Shown here piece by piece: positions 1 to 10,106 of a stretch of DNA of 42,438 nucleotides; the first letter of the stretch is position 1; each line of letters starts with the position of its first letter. Source of the stretch: Deferribacterota bacterium (GTDB lineage: Bacteria > Chrysiogenota > Deferribacteres > Deferribacterales > UBA228); the NCBI GenBank assembly GCA_034189185.1, contig JAXHVM010000001.1, forward strand, positions 1 through 42,438, given 5' to 3'. The translations under genes were made by a program, and so were the position numbers. A model generated the notes under the pieces. The model did no database searches. It had not been told where the DNA came from and saw nothing but the letters and a program-made list of their open reading frames with translations.

Positions 1-611
1 CAAGAATTTATAGTATTATAGATAAAAAAAGAAGTGAGATTTATAGATTTGATATGGGTGAAGAGGTTAAAAGGGTTAATTTTGCAATTAAAGAATATAA
101 ACTTGGCAAGGATGTAGCTTTAGTTTGTGGTGGGGATCCCTCCCTTTATGGTTTGGCTTCCTTGGGATATGAATTAATTGATAATGTTAAGGATATAGAG
201 GTTATACCTGGTATTACTGCCTTTCTTGCTGCCTCAGCAAAACTTGGTGCAGCTGTTTCAGAAGACATTGTAATATTGTCAATGTCAGATTTACTTATTC
301 CATGGGATATTATAAAAAAAAGGATAGAAGCCTACTCAAGAATTGATGTTGTATTATCAGTGTATAACCCTAAGAGCAAGAAAAGGGATTGGCAGCTTAG
401 TTTTCTAGTAGAGAGATTGTTAGAAAACAGGGGAGATGTGTACTGTGGAGCTGTTAAGAATGCTTTTAATAGAAATGAAAATATAAAATTATTTAAACTA
501 TCAGATATTGATTATTCCTATATAGATATGCGTACAGTATTGATAATTGGCAATTCAAAAACTTATGTTAAAGATGATAAACTTGTAACACCAAGGGGTT
601 ATAACATTTGA
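1..611 (+). CDS. cbiH: Cobalt-factor III / precorrin-3B C17-methyltransferase (CbiH/CobJ), 5' end outside the window
   Basis: The frame of ORF 54..611 stays open back to nt 3, so the gene begins upstream of the window. Tetrapyrrole-methylase motifs are present: VALVCGGDPSLYGLAS, IPGITAFLAASAKLGA, LSMSDLLIPW, VYNPKSKKR and the C-terminal VTPRGY. Confidence 0.8.
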   Translation, partial: RIYSIIDKKRSEIYRFDMGEEVKRVNFAIKEYKLGKDVALVCGGDPSLYGLASLGYELIDNVKDIEVIPGITAFLAASAKLGAAVSEDIVILSMSDLLIPWDIIKKRIEAYSRIDVVLSVYNPKSKKRDWQLSFLVERLLENRGDVYCGAVKNAFNRNENIKLFKLSDIDYSYIDMRTVLIIGNSKTYVKDDKLVTPRGYNI

Positions 612-1324
612 TATTGATTTTAGGTGGAACAAGTGAAACACATAATTTTATTGCAAATGAAAAATTAGACAAAGACTTCATTATAACTGTAAGCACAGAT
701 TATGGATATAGTCTTTACTCAAGACTATATGGCTCTAAAGTATTAAAGATAAATTTTAGTAAAGATTTGTTAAAAGATTTTGTTAATAAGAACAATATAA
801 CAAAGATTATTGATACAACCCATCCAAATGCACTTACCATTACAAAAATAGCAAAAACAGTGGCAGTAGATGTGGGTATTGATTATATATATGCTAAAAG
901 AGATATAGATTATCCCTCTTTATTGGAGCTTGCAAGGGATAGTAAAAATATATTTATTTTTGACTCAGTAGTAGCAGCTAAAGACTTTCTTAAAAAAAAT
1001 TCTTTTAAGAGGATACTTTTTACAATTGGTGTGAAATACCTCTATTTGTTTAGGGAGTTTCTAGAAAATTCATATGTTAGGATACTACCCTCAATCAGTT
1101 CTATAAAGAAAGCTCAAGAACTAGGTGTTTTACAGTCTAATATAATAGCTATGCAAGGACCTTTTACAAAAGAGCTAAATTTCGCTATAATAAATCAGTA
1201 TAAGATAGATTGCATTATAAGTAAGATTTCTGGCAAAAATAGTGGCCTCTATGAAAAAATAGAGGCCACTATCGAGAAGAATATAACAATTGTATTATTT
1301 AATAACAATAGCTTTAAATTTTAA
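608..1324 (+). CDS. cbiJ: Cobalt-precorrin-6A (precorrin-6x) reductase CbiJ/CobK
   Basis: 238-aa ORF. Its TTG start overlaps the cbiH stop (TTTGA). The N-terminus MILILGGTSE and the IAMQGPF...IISKISGKNSG..EK pattern are typical of CbiJ/CobK. It follows cbiH, as in cbi operons. Confidence 0.7.
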   Translation: MILILGGTSETHNFIANEKLDKDFIITVSTDYGYSLYSRLYGSKVLKINFSKDLLKDFVNKNNITKIIDTTHPNALTITKIAKTVAVDVGIDYIYAKRDIDYPSLLELARDSKNIFIFDSVVAAKDFLKKNSFKRILFTIGVKYLYLFREFLENSYVRILPSISSIKKAQELGVLQSNIIAMQGPFTKELNFAIINQYKIDCIISKISGKNSGLYEKIEATIEKNITIVLFNNNSFKF

Positions 1325-1409
1325 TATGATTAACATTAAAATATTAAGTTTACACGCCCTAAATTATTTACATATCCTTAATTATATGTTAAGTAATTAA
1401 TATTGAAGG

Positions 1410-3215
1410 ATGTTTATGAGAAGACAGTTCTGGAAGATATATGTATGGTTAGAAAAAAATGTATTCAATAGTTTAGCTAGAAAACTAACTGGTAATATAG
1501 GCTTCCTAATTTTTTTACAATTTGTCTACGTTGCTTTGCTGTATTTTTTAAATAAAAGACTAGTATATGAGTTGAGTTCCCACAATGTTGATAAAAATTT
1601 AATTAATTACATTGAAAATATTTTAAACCAAAATTTTTATATATTTTTAATACTCTTATTTATTGGTGTAATTGCAGGCATTATAATTATTATATTTTTA
1701 AGATATCTTGTTAATAGACCATTAAAGAAAATTATTCATATTTTTAAAGATATATCTGAAGGAAGGGCAGATCTTAGTGTAAAACTGCCGGCCTTTACAT
1801 ATGATGAGTTTAGGGATCTATCAGTTTATTATAATAAATTTGTAGGCATGCTTAGTGATATAATTGATAGTATTAGATCAAATACAACATATATAAGTGT
1901 TTCATCAACAAAAAGCAGTAAGAATATAAGCCAAGCTAGTAGTGATTTTGAAAAAGAAAAAGCTACCATAAATACAATGGTTGATTCATTAAAGGAAATC
2001 TCTAAAACTACTAACTTAATTGCAAATGATATATCGGGTATATCAAATGTTGTTAATGACAATGTCTTAAAATCTAGAGATTCTTATGGAGAATTATCAG
2101 AGGCAAGTGCAAAGATAAATGAAGTCACTACAAAGATTGGAAATTTTGTTGATACAGTTTTAAACTTAAGGGATAGGGCAGAAGGTATCAAAGATGTAAT
2201 AAAGATAATAAACGACATATCAGATCAGACAAATCTTTTAGCACTAAATGCAGCAATTGAGGCTGCTCGAGCTGGTGAAGCTGGTCGAGGTTTTGCCGTT
2301 GTGGCTGAGGAGGTAAGAAAACTTGCAGAAAATGTTAAAACTGAGGTAGCAAATATTAATGAGACTATTGTTAATATGAGTGGTACTATTGATAATATTG
2401 CTAAAGAGTCTGGTGTATTAAGTAGTGATATTGGGGAGTGTACAAGTGCCATTAATAATTCTCATAATAGTTTTGATTTTATAATCAAAAATTTTGAAAA
2501 TACAGAAGATCAGATAAATAGAATAGTTGCTTCCATTGAGGAGTTATCATCAAGTAGCGATGAGATGGTTAAAAATATTGAAGATATTGATAGTATAAGT
2601 GATAAAAACTTAGACGTTATTACAAATATTAGAGACTTTTTATATAAACTAGTTGATAGGACAGATAATTTGGTGTCTCTTATATCAGAATTTAGGATAA
2701 GAAGGGGTAAAACTGCTGAAATACTTGATAAACTTGAGATCTATAGAAGGGAGTGCGCAAAGATATTAGAGGATGCCTATAGAAAAGGAGTAAATATTTT
2801 TGATGAGAATTACAAGAAGATTGAGGGGGATTTTGATCCACCAAAATATAGAACCCTTTATGATCAGGTCGTTGAAAAGGACTTGCAACAAATACATGAT
2901 AGATGGTTGAAAGAGATAGAAGGGGCCGTGTTTTTACTATGTGTTGATAGGAATGGTTATGCACCAACACATAATAGTAAATATTGTAGATATACTGGGG
3001 ATAAAGAGACTGATAGAAATTATTCTAGAGATAAAAGGATATTTAATGATAAAACAGGGATTCGTTCAGCTAGAAATATGAAAAGGTGGGATTTTCTAAC
3101 CTATGAACGTGATACAGGCGAGATTTTGAGTGAGATTTCAATGCCAATATTTATAGATGGCAAACATTGGGGAGCTATAAGGTTAGGTTTAGACCCAGAT
3201 GTCTTTATTAAATAA
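1410..3215 (+). CDS. Methyl-accepting chemotaxis protein (2 TM, HAMP, MCP signalling domain, extra C-terminal domain)
   Basis: Two N-terminal hydrophobic helices are separated by only about 25 residues. A HAMP-like segment follows ([21 protein letters not shown]). The canonical signalling hairpin [36 protein letters not shown] is present, followed by about 170 extra C-terminal residues. The GAAGG Shine-Dalgarno at 1405-1409 fits the second ATG (1416) better than 1410. Confidence 0.9.
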   Translation: MFMRRQFWKIYVWLEKNVFNSLARKLTGNIGFLIFLQFVYVALLYFLNKRLVYELSSHNVDKNLINYIENILNQNFYIFLILLFIGVIAGIIIIIFLRYLVNRPLKKIIHIFKDISEGRADLSVKLPAFTYDEFRDLSVYYNKFVGMLSDIIDSIRSNTTYISVSSTKSSKNISQASSDFEKEKATINTMVDSLKEISKTTNLIANDISGISNVVNDNVLKSRDSYGELSEASAKINEVTTKIGNFVDTVLNLRDRAEGIKDVIKIINDISDQTNLLALNAAIEAARAGEAGRGFAVVAEEVRKLAENVKTEVANINETIVNMSGTIDNIAKESGVLSSDIGECTSAINNSHNSFDFIIKNFENTEDQINRIVASIEELSSSSDEMVKNIEDIDSISDKNLDVITNIRDFLYKLVDRTDNLVSLISEFRIRRGKTAEILDKLEIYRRECAKILEDAYRKGVNIFDENYKKIEGDFDPPKYRTLYDQVVEKDLQQIHDRWLKEIEGAVFLLCVDRNGYAPTHNSKYCRYTGDKETDRNYSRDKRIFNDKTGIRSARNMKRWDFLTYERDTGEILSEISMPIFIDGKHWGAIRLGLDPDVFIK

Positions 3216-3358
3216 AATTTAATAATTAAAAGAAATAGCTTAAGTTTATTTATTGCATAAAAACACTAAAACTATATAATTAAATAAAGCTTGAAAAAAA
3301 TTATATTATTTATAATATATTAAGCTACTTAATTTTAGTTTAAGAGGTTAATCTGATT

Positions 3359-3886
3359 ATGTTTGAAGGAACTACGATACTTGCTGTTAAAAAAGGAAGT
3401 GATGTTGTAATTGGTGGAGATGGTCAGGTAAGTTTCAATAATAGTGTATTAAAAAGTAATGCTAGAAAGATAAGAAAGCTATACAAAGATAGCGTATTGT
3501 GTGGTTTTGCAGGCTCTACAGCTGATGCCTTTACACTTTTAGAGAGATTTGAGGGGAAGCTCCAAGAGTTTTCAGGTAATTTGCTTAGATCATCTGTTGA
3601 ATTAGCTAAAAATTGGAGAACAGATAAGTATTTGAGACAACTCCAGGCAATGATGATTGTTGCAGATAAATCATCTATGTTTATATTAACAGGTATTGGC
3701 GATGTGGTTGAACCAGAGAATAATATTGCAGCTATTGGTTCAGGTGGGCAATATGCACTTGCAGCAGCTAGAGCATTAGTAGAGAATACAGAATTGAACG
3801 CTAGAGAGATAGTCGAGAAATCATTATATATAGCCTCGTCTATCTGTATATATACAAATAATAATATAGTAATAGATAATTTATAA
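3359..3886 (+). CDS. hslV: ATP-dependent protease subunit HslV
   Basis: 175 aa. Motifs: [22 protein letters not shown] (catalytic Thr region), [14 protein letters not shown]. hslU follows directly. Confidence 0.95.
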   Translation: MFEGTTILAVKKGSDVVIGGDGQVSFNNSVLKSNARKIRKLYKDSVLCGFAGSTADAFTLLERFEGKLQEFSGNLLRSSVELAKNWRTDKYLRQLQAMMIVADKSSMFILTGIGDVVEPENNIAAIGSGGQYALAAARALVENTELNAREIVEKSLYIASSICIYTNNNIVIDNL

Positions 3887-3902
3887 ATAATATGAGGGGA
3901 TT

Positions 3903-5228
3903 ATGGAGTCATTAACACCTAAAGAGATTGTATCAGAGTTAGATAAATATATTATTGGTCAAGGTGAGGCTAAAAAAGCAGTTGCTATAGCACTGCGAAA
4001 TCGCTATCGTCGGCTTAAGTTGCCTAAAGAGTTACAAGATGAGGTTGTGCCTAAAAATATTATAATGGTTGGTCCAACTGGTGTAGGTAAAACAGAAATT
4101 GCTAGAAGACTTGCAAAACTAACAGGCTCACCTTTTACAAAGGTAGAGGCAACTAAATTTACTGAGGTAGGTTATGTTGGTAGGGATGTAGATTCAATTA
4201 TCCGTGAGTTAGCTGATATTGCATTTAATCTAGTAAAGGAAGAAAAGAGAAAAGATGTTTTAGAGAAAGCAAAAGAGAATGCTGAGGAGAGAATTTTAGA
4301 CTTACTACTACCAAAGCCACGTGGTTATGTGGAGAGTGAATCAGAGAGTGAGACTAGAAACAAATTTAAAAAAATGCTTAAAAACAAACAGATTGAAGAT
4401 AGATTTGTTGAGGTAGAGGTTGAAGATGGTGGCCCTAATATAGGTATTTTGACAAATATGGGGATAGAAGATGTAGGGATGAACCTGCAGGATATGTTTA
4501 AAAATATGTTTCCTAAAAGAAAAAAAAGAAAGAAGATGAGTATAAAAGAGGCTAGGAAGATTATAGAAGCACAAGAGGTTAATAAATTGATAGATATGGA
4601 TGAGGTTAAAAATGAGGCTATAAAAAGAGTGGAAAGCAGTGGAATTGTTTTTATAGATGAAATTGACAAGGTATGTTCTGCTGATGCTGCAAATTTTAGA
4701 TCTGCAGATGTATCAAGAGAAGGTGTGCAAAGGGATCTACTCCCAATGGTTGAAGGCTCAACGATTGTCACAAAATATGGGCTCGTGAGAACTGATCATA
4801 TATTATTTATCGCAGCAGGCGCTTTTCATACAGCAAAGCCCTCTGATCTTATCCCTGAGTTGCAGGGCAGATTTCCTATTAGGGTTGAATTACAATCTTT
4901 AAATAAAATGGAATTTATAAGGATATTGAAAGAACCTAAAAATGCTCTTACAAAACAGTATAAGGCATTATTAAATTCTGATGGTGTAGAGATTTATTAT
5001 GAAGATAGTGGTATTGAGAGAATTGCAGAGATTGCAGAAGAGGTTAATGCTACAAATGAAAATATTGGCGCAAGAAGGCTCTATACTATTATGGAAAAAT
5101 TATTGGAGGATATCTCCTTCGATGCACCTGATACGGATATTAAAAAGTTGGTAATTAATAGAGAATATGTGGATACTCATTTATCAGAAATAGTAAGTGA
5201 TAAGGATTTGACACAGTATATTTTATAA
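3903..5228 (+). CDS. hslU: ATP-dependent protease ATPase subunit HslU
   Basis: 441 aa. Walker [17 protein letters not shown], Walker [23 protein letters not shown], and a Lys/Arg-rich I-domain. Confidence 0.95.
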   Translation: MESLTPKEIVSELDKYIIGQGEAKKAVAIALRNRYRRLKLPKELQDEVVPKNIIMVGPTGVGKTEIARRLAKLTGSPFTKVEATKFTEVGYVGRDVDSIIRELADIAFNLVKEEKRKDVLEKAKENAEERILDLLLPKPRGYVESESESETRNKFKKMLKNKQIEDRFVEVEVEDGGPNIGILTNMGIEDVGMNLQDMFKNMFPKRKKRKKMSIKEARKIIEAQEVNKLIDMDEVKNEAIKRVESSGIVFIDEIDKVCSADAANFRSADVSREGVQRDLLPMVEGSTIVTKYGLVRTDHILFIAAGAFHTAKPSDLIPELQGRFPIRVELQSLNKMEFIRILKEPKNALTKQYKALLNSDGVEIYYEDSGIERIAEIAEEVNATNENIGARRLYTIMEKLLEDISFDAPDTDIKKLVINREYVDTHLSEIVSDKDLTQYIL

Positions 5229-5229
5229 A

Positions 5230-6867
5230 ATGATATATATAAATTATTTATTTAAATTATTATTTTTAATAATTGTGCTAATTTATAGTACGCTAAATTT
5301 ATATGCCTATGAGTCTATGTTTGACTCATTATCACTAAATAAGGATTTTTATGTTATTAGGGTAAAAGATGGTAAAATATATACAGATATTGGTAAAGAT
5401 CAAGGGGGGTTTGAGGGCTTAAAGATAAAAATATATAAACAGGTTGAAGAGATAAAACACCCAATCACTGGGGAGATTCTAGGGATAACAAAAGATAAAA
5501 TCTGCGAAGCTAAATTAGATGAGGTATATGAGAGATTTTCTATAACCTATACACATTGTCCAGAAGCTAAGGTAAAGGATATTGTAAATGTATCACAAGA
5601 TTTTAATATCTTTGTTAATTATAAAAATGAGGTAGATGAGTATTTTAAACGTTTAGTAGAAAATGATATTACATCGAATAATTATAATATTGTAAATGAT
5701 CCATCTAAGGCCGATCTTATTCTGGATGTTTCTAAGGTTTACAGGGGTGAGTATTCACTGAGTTTAAAAACAAAAGACAATTCAGTAATAGCGTCAAAGG
5801 TAATAAAAGAAGAAGAAAAAATGGCTCAAGAAGGTGATTTTAAAGAGAGAAAAAAAATTACCTTAGATACACTACTAAAAAGTATATCTGTAGCTGATGT
5901 GGATGGGGATAAAACTGATGAAGTAGTGGGTTCCTCTAAAGATAAGGTCATTATATATAAGATTGAAGAGAAAGAATCTGTCAGAGAAAACGTGTTAGAT
6001 GGGTTTAATAGTATTATAAATGTTGAGGTTGCTGATCTAAATGGCAATGGTATAGATGAAATATTTGTAGTAGATTTTCCTTATGTGGGTGATGTTAGCA
6101 CAAAAATATATGAATATAACGGTGAATCTTATTCTAAAATAGAGAGTTTACCCTATTTTGTCAGATCCTTTATAATAGATGGTATTCCTTATATAATTGG
6201 CCAAAGGCAACACTTTGAGCGATTGACGAGGGGTAAAATATTTACAGTTGTTTATGAGGAGGGTAGTTATAAAGAGGGAATAACCTTTGATACACCCGAA
6301 GGGTTTAGATTATATGGTTTTTTTACAGAAGGTTCTGAATCAATATATATAGATGATGAGGGAAAGATATTAAAAGGGGTTGGTAGAAGCGTTGTGGATA
6401 AGGTACCCTCTTCACTTGGGTTATATTTAAACACCTTTAAAACAAGATATGGTATGTTAGAGGGGGAGAGAAGGAAAGACCTTTTTACTGAAATCCATAG
6501 AGAAGGTTATGAGGATGCTTTTAAGTTAAGAGAGAATGAAGAGGAGAAGGTAGTTTTTGAGTTTTCACCAAAGAGTAGATTATTTAAATTTAATAATTTT
6601 ATCTATGCTTACATTAATGTACCATTGACTTCGTTTATTGAAAACAAACTGATTGTTACCTCGTCAAAGATATTGCAAATTGGTAAAGATTCAATGCTTG
6701 TTAGCTATGTTGGCAGCGGCCTTTCTAAAAACGTCTATGATATGTATATGAAGGTAAATGAGTTTGGCGAATATTATTTTTATGTACTTGAATCTAACCC
6801 TAAAACAGTTGATTTGAATATCTTTGGAAATGAGGGTAATAGTAATTTAATAATTTTAAAATATTAA
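5230..6867 (+). CDS. Secreted hypothetical protein with FG-GAP/VCBS-like Ca-binding repeats
   Basis: The ATG lies 1 nt after the hslU stop (TAAAATG). A signal-peptide-like N-terminus is present (LFKLLFLIIVLIYSTLNLYA/YE). There are two DxDxDG-type motifs (VADVDGDKTDEVVG, VADLNGNGIDEIFVVD). No confident family call. Confidence 0.5.
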   Translation: MIYINYLFKLLFLIIVLIYSTLNLYAYESMFDSLSLNKDFYVIRVKDGKIYTDIGKDQGGFEGLKIKIYKQVEEIKHPITGEILGITKDKICEAKLDEVYERFSITYTHCPEAKVKDIVNVSQDFNIFVNYKNEVDEYFKRLVENDITSNNYNIVNDPSKADLILDVSKVYRGEYSLSLKTKDNSVIASKVIKEEEKMAQEGDFKERKKITLDTLLKSISVADVDGDKTDEVVGSSKDKVIIYKIEEKESVRENVLDGFNSIINVEVADLNGNGIDEIFVVDFPYVGDVSTKIYEYNGESYSKIESLPYFVRSFIIDGIPYIIGQRQHFERLTRGKIFTVVYEEGSYKEGITFDTPEGFRLYGFFTEGSESIYIDDEGKILKGVGRSVVDKVPSSLGLYLNTFKTRYGMLEGERRKDLFTEIHREGYEDAFKLRENEEEKVVFEFSPKSRLFKFNNFIYAYINVPLTSFIENKLIVTSSKILQIGKDSMLVSYVGSGLSKNVYDMYMKVNEFGEYYFYVLESNPKTVDLNIFGNEGNSNLIILKY

Positions 6868-6879
6868 TAGAAAATTTAG

Positions 6880-6908
6880 TTGACACCACAATGCTACTGT
6901 GGTAAACA
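6880..6908 (+). promoter_or_regulatory. Sigma70-like promoter for the first porin-like gene
   Basis: TTGACA (6880-6885), 17-nt spacer, TGgTAAACA extended -10 (6900-6908). The spacer contains the inverted repeat CCACA-N7-TGTGG. Confidence 0.35.
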
Positions 6909-6968
6909 GTAAATGAAAAGGGAAATTAAGGTAATAAGAGTAAATAAATAAAAGAAAGGAGGAGAACT

Positions 6969-8426
6969 ATGAGAAAGCTATTTGTAGTACTGTTAATGCT
7001 TATGTTTGCCTATAGCTCCTATGCATTAGAGCTAAAAGCAAATGGCTCTTACCGTATTAGGATGTTTAACACCTGGGGTGGTGGTGGTAGTGACGTTAAT
7101 ATTGACAAAGGAGCCAATGCGTGGAATTTTGGAAATATTCAAGATGGTGATGATGATGATACCTTTTTTGACCAAGAATTTACATTGAAACTTACAGCTG
7201 ACAATGGAGATGGCATTAAAGGTGTTGTAATGTTCCAAATGGGTGATGCTATGTGGGGTGATGAGAATGATTATGCTAGAGTTGGTGCTGGCGATAATGA
7301 TGCCGATGTTGAGGTGTTAAATGCCTACATTGAGGTTGACAAATGGATCTATGCAAAGGCAGGTGTATTTACTTTTGATACTCCAAATAGTGCTGTCTTT
7401 TCAGATGAGACAGCTGGTATTTTAATTGGTAAAGACTTTGATAGATTTGCTGTTAATTTAATGTATTCAAGACTCTATGATGCTGGCTATGATGAGGTAG
7501 GTTATGATACTGATGACAATGTAGACTTATATGGTGTTATGGTGCCAATGAAGACTGATTATTTTAATGTAACCCCCTATTTCTTATATTCCCATGCTGA
7601 TGTAAAAGGTGAATATAATAGTTTTGATCATAATGGTAATATTATGAGATTATATCATGGTGGCATTAACCCAAATCTAAATGTAAACAACGAATACAGC
7701 TTAATGGGTAGAAGTTTTTTAGAGGATACACTCCATGATGGCTATAAAGATGCAGATATGTGGTGGATTGGTGCAGCCTTTGATGGGAAGATCCCTGGTT
7801 ATGATATCGATTGGAATCTACATGGAGTATACGGCTCAGCTGATTTAAATGCTATAGAAGGTGAAGATTTAGAGATGAATGGTTTTCTAATTGATGGCTC
7901 ACTAACTTATATATATGATAGATATAAGTTTGATGTATATGGCCTATATTCTTCAGGCTTTGATGAAGGAGACTATAACGGTCATGAATTAGATATAATG
8001 CCAACATTAGCACCTGGCTATATGTCTTATAAAACATATGCACCACTATTTTTTGACAGCTATTCTATGGGCTGCTTTACCCAAGATCCATCCGGTTTTT
8101 CAATGATAGGTGGTCAGGTATCAGCCAATTCTTTAGAGAGACTAAAACACACATTTGATGTTGCCTACATCTGGAATATGATCGATGAGGATGTTGCAGC
8201 AGCTGCAGGGATCTCAAGGGATAATACAGATTCATTTAATTATAGATATATGTTTGATAGTTTTGTTCAGATTGCTCTTATTAATGAATATCAAATTGCA
8301 GAGGGAACTACCTTTACAATGTTAGCAGGCGCATTGGTTCCTGATGCAAATGATGATGTTAATGGTAACGAATTTGAAGAAGACACAGCTTATGCTATAA
8401 ACTTCAAATTGCAGTATAATTTCTAA
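6969..8426 (+). CDS. Outer-membrane beta-barrel (porin-like) protein, paralog 1
   Basis: 485 aa. Signal peptide MRKLFVVLLMLMFAYSSYA/LE, strong SD (AAGGAGGAG), Gly- and Asp-rich loops. The C-terminus is KLQYNF, with the terminal Phe typical of BAM substrates. Family not identified. Confidence 0.65.
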   Translation: MRKLFVVLLMLMFAYSSYALELKANGSYRIRMFNTWGGGGSDVNIDKGANAWNFGNIQDGDDDDTFFDQEFTLKLTADNGDGIKGVVMFQMGDAMWGDENDYARVGAGDNDADVEVLNAYIEVDKWIYAKAGVFTFDTPNSAVFSDETAGILIGKDFDRFAVNLMYSRLYDAGYDEVGYDTDDNVDLYGVMVPMKTDYFNVTPYFLYSHADVKGEYNSFDHNGNIMRLYHGGINPNLNVNNEYSLMGRSFLEDTLHDGYKDADMWWIGAAFDGKIPGYDIDWNLHGVYGSADLNAIEGEDLEMNGFLIDGSLTYIYDRYKFDVYGLYSSGFDEGDYNGHELDIMPTLAPGYMSYKTYAPLFFDSYSMGCFTQDPSGFSMIGGQVSANSLERLKHTFDVAYIWNMIDEDVAAAAGISRDNTDSFNYRYMFDSFVQIALINEYQIAEGTTFTMLAGALVPDANDDVNGNEFEEDTAYAINFKLQYNF

Positions 8427-8442
8427 AAAGAGCTATAAATTT

Positions 8443-8476
8443 AAAAAAGGAGGCTTTAAAAAGCCTCCTTTTTTTT
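8443..8476 (+). terminator. Rho-independent terminator after porin paralog 1
   Basis: GGAGGCTT (8449-8456), loop TAAA, AAGCCTCC (8461-8468), followed by a T-run (8469-8476) and preceded by an A-run. Confidence 0.8.
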
Positions 8477-8529
8477 AATTATTTAAAATATTATAAAAAT
8501 ATTATATAATGTATTTTCTAAATAAGTAA

Positions 8530-8559
8530 TTGAACCAAATATTAGAATAACCATATAAT
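8530..8559 (+). promoter_or_regulatory. Sigma70-like promoter for porin paralog 2
   Basis: TTGAAC (8530-8535), 18-nt spacer, TATAAT (8554-8559). SD AAGGAGAGG lies before the ATG at 8586. Confidence 0.45.
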
Positions 8560-8585
8560 ACTAATAATTAAATAAGGAGAGGATT

Positions 8586-10046
8586 ATGTTTAAAAAAACA
8601 ATTACTCTTGTATTATTATCTCTATTTATAGTTACAGCAAGCTATGCACTTGAGTTTGAAGCAAATGGATATTACCGCATTAGGATGTTTAACTCTTGGG
8701 GTGGCGGTGGCGGTGATGATGGTATGACCCTATATAATTTTGGAAATATTGAAGATGATGATGATTTTGATCAATATATTGAACAGAGAACAGGCTTGCA
8801 ACTTACTGCTGACAATGGAGATGGCATTAAAGGTGTTGTATTTTTTGAGATGGGTGATGCTATGTGGGGTGATGAAAATAGTTATGCACGAGTTGGTGGT
8901 GGTGATAATAGTGCCGATGTTGAAGTGTTAAATGCCTATATTGAAATTGATAAATGGTTATATGCAAAATTAGGTGTATTCCAATTGGATACGCCAAATA
9001 GCGTTATTTTCTCACAAGAGACTGCGGGTATATTAATTGGTAAAGATTTTGATAATTTTGGTGTTAATTTTCTATATTCAAGGCTCTATGATGGAGGTTA
9101 TGATAAGGTAGGCTATGATAATGATGATAATGGTGATCTTTATGGTGTTATGGTGCCAATGAAGACTGATTATTTTAATGTAACCCCCTATTTCTTATAT
9201 TCCCATGTTTCACACAATGGTCATCTATATAGTTATGATACAGTAGGTAATTTAGTTGATATGTATCAAGGTGATCTAATAGATGAATACTCAGTTAATA
9301 GAAATTATACAATAATGGGAAAAAGTTTTAGTGATGATTCTTTTCATACAACATTTAATGATATGGATGCATTCTGGATAGGAGCTGCCTTTGACGGTAG
9401 AATACCTTACGGAAATGGTATTGATTGGAAACTACACGGTGTATATGGCAGTGCTGAAGTAGATGCTAGGACAGGTAGTGATCTTGAGATGGAAGGTTTT
9501 CTAATAGATGGCTCACTAACCTATATATATGATAGATATAAGTTTGATGTATACGGTCTATATTCCTCTGGTTTTGATGGAGGTGACTATGATGATAGGG
9601 ATCTTGGTATTATGCCCACAATTTCACCTGATTATATGGTTTATGGAACTTACGCAACATTCTTTTTTGACAGTTTAGCCCTTGCAAGTTATGCCTATGA
9701 TCCAACAGGCTTTTCTATGATAGGCGGGCAGGTTACCTTTAATACTACCGAAAGCCTTAAACATATCTTTGATGTTGCCTATATCTGGAATATGATTGAT
9801 GAGGATGTTATCTCAAGTGATAGAGAGAATATACTAAGAGATCAGCCCAGCACTTTTAATCAAAGATATATGTATGATGGTTTTGTGCAGATTGCCCTTG
9901 TTAGTGAATATCAATTGTTAGAGGGAACAACACTATCTATGCTAGCTGGTGCACTTATCCCTGAAGCAAATAGAGATGCTGAAGGAAGAAAGTTTGAGGA
10001 TGATACTGTTTATGCATTAAACTTTAAATTTCAGTATAACTTCTGA
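8586..10046 (+). CDS. Outer-membrane beta-barrel (porin-like) protein, paralog 2
   Basis: 486 aa. Signal peptide ending SYA/LE. Collinear with paralog 1 along its whole length, and also ends in QYNF. Confidence 0.65.
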   Translation: MFKKTITLVLLSLFIVTASYALEFEANGYYRIRMFNSWGGGGGDDGMTLYNFGNIEDDDDFDQYIEQRTGLQLTADNGDGIKGVVFFEMGDAMWGDENSYARVGGGDNSADVEVLNAYIEIDKWLYAKLGVFQLDTPNSVIFSQETAGILIGKDFDNFGVNFLYSRLYDGGYDKVGYDNDDNGDLYGVMVPMKTDYFNVTPYFLYSHVSHNGHLYSYDTVGNLVDMYQGDLIDEYSVNRNYTIMGKSFSDDSFHTTFNDMDAFWIGAAFDGRIPYGNGIDWKLHGVYGSAEVDARTGSDLEMEGFLIDGSLTYIYDRYKFDVYGLYSSGFDGGDYDDRDLGIMPTISPDYMVYGTYATFFFDSLALASYAYDPTGFSMIGGQVTFNTTESLKHIFDVAYIWNMIDEDVISSDRENILRDQPSTFNQRYMYDGFVQIALVSEYQLLEGTTLSMLAGALIPEANRDAEGRKFEDDTVYALNFKFQYNF

Positions 10047-10106
10047 TGTAATTATATAGAAGTTCTTTTTGTTGACTATTTTATGGTTATAATTTATTTT
10101 TGATAG

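Noticed and set aside
4520-4527. A8 homopolymer tracts inside hslU (4520-4527) and lutBA (26951-26958) as possible phase-variation switches
   Set aside because: Both are in frame and encode Lys-rich segments (KRKKRKK in the HslU I-domain, GQKKEV in LutBA). Both sit in housekeeping genes with no sign of frameshifted copies.
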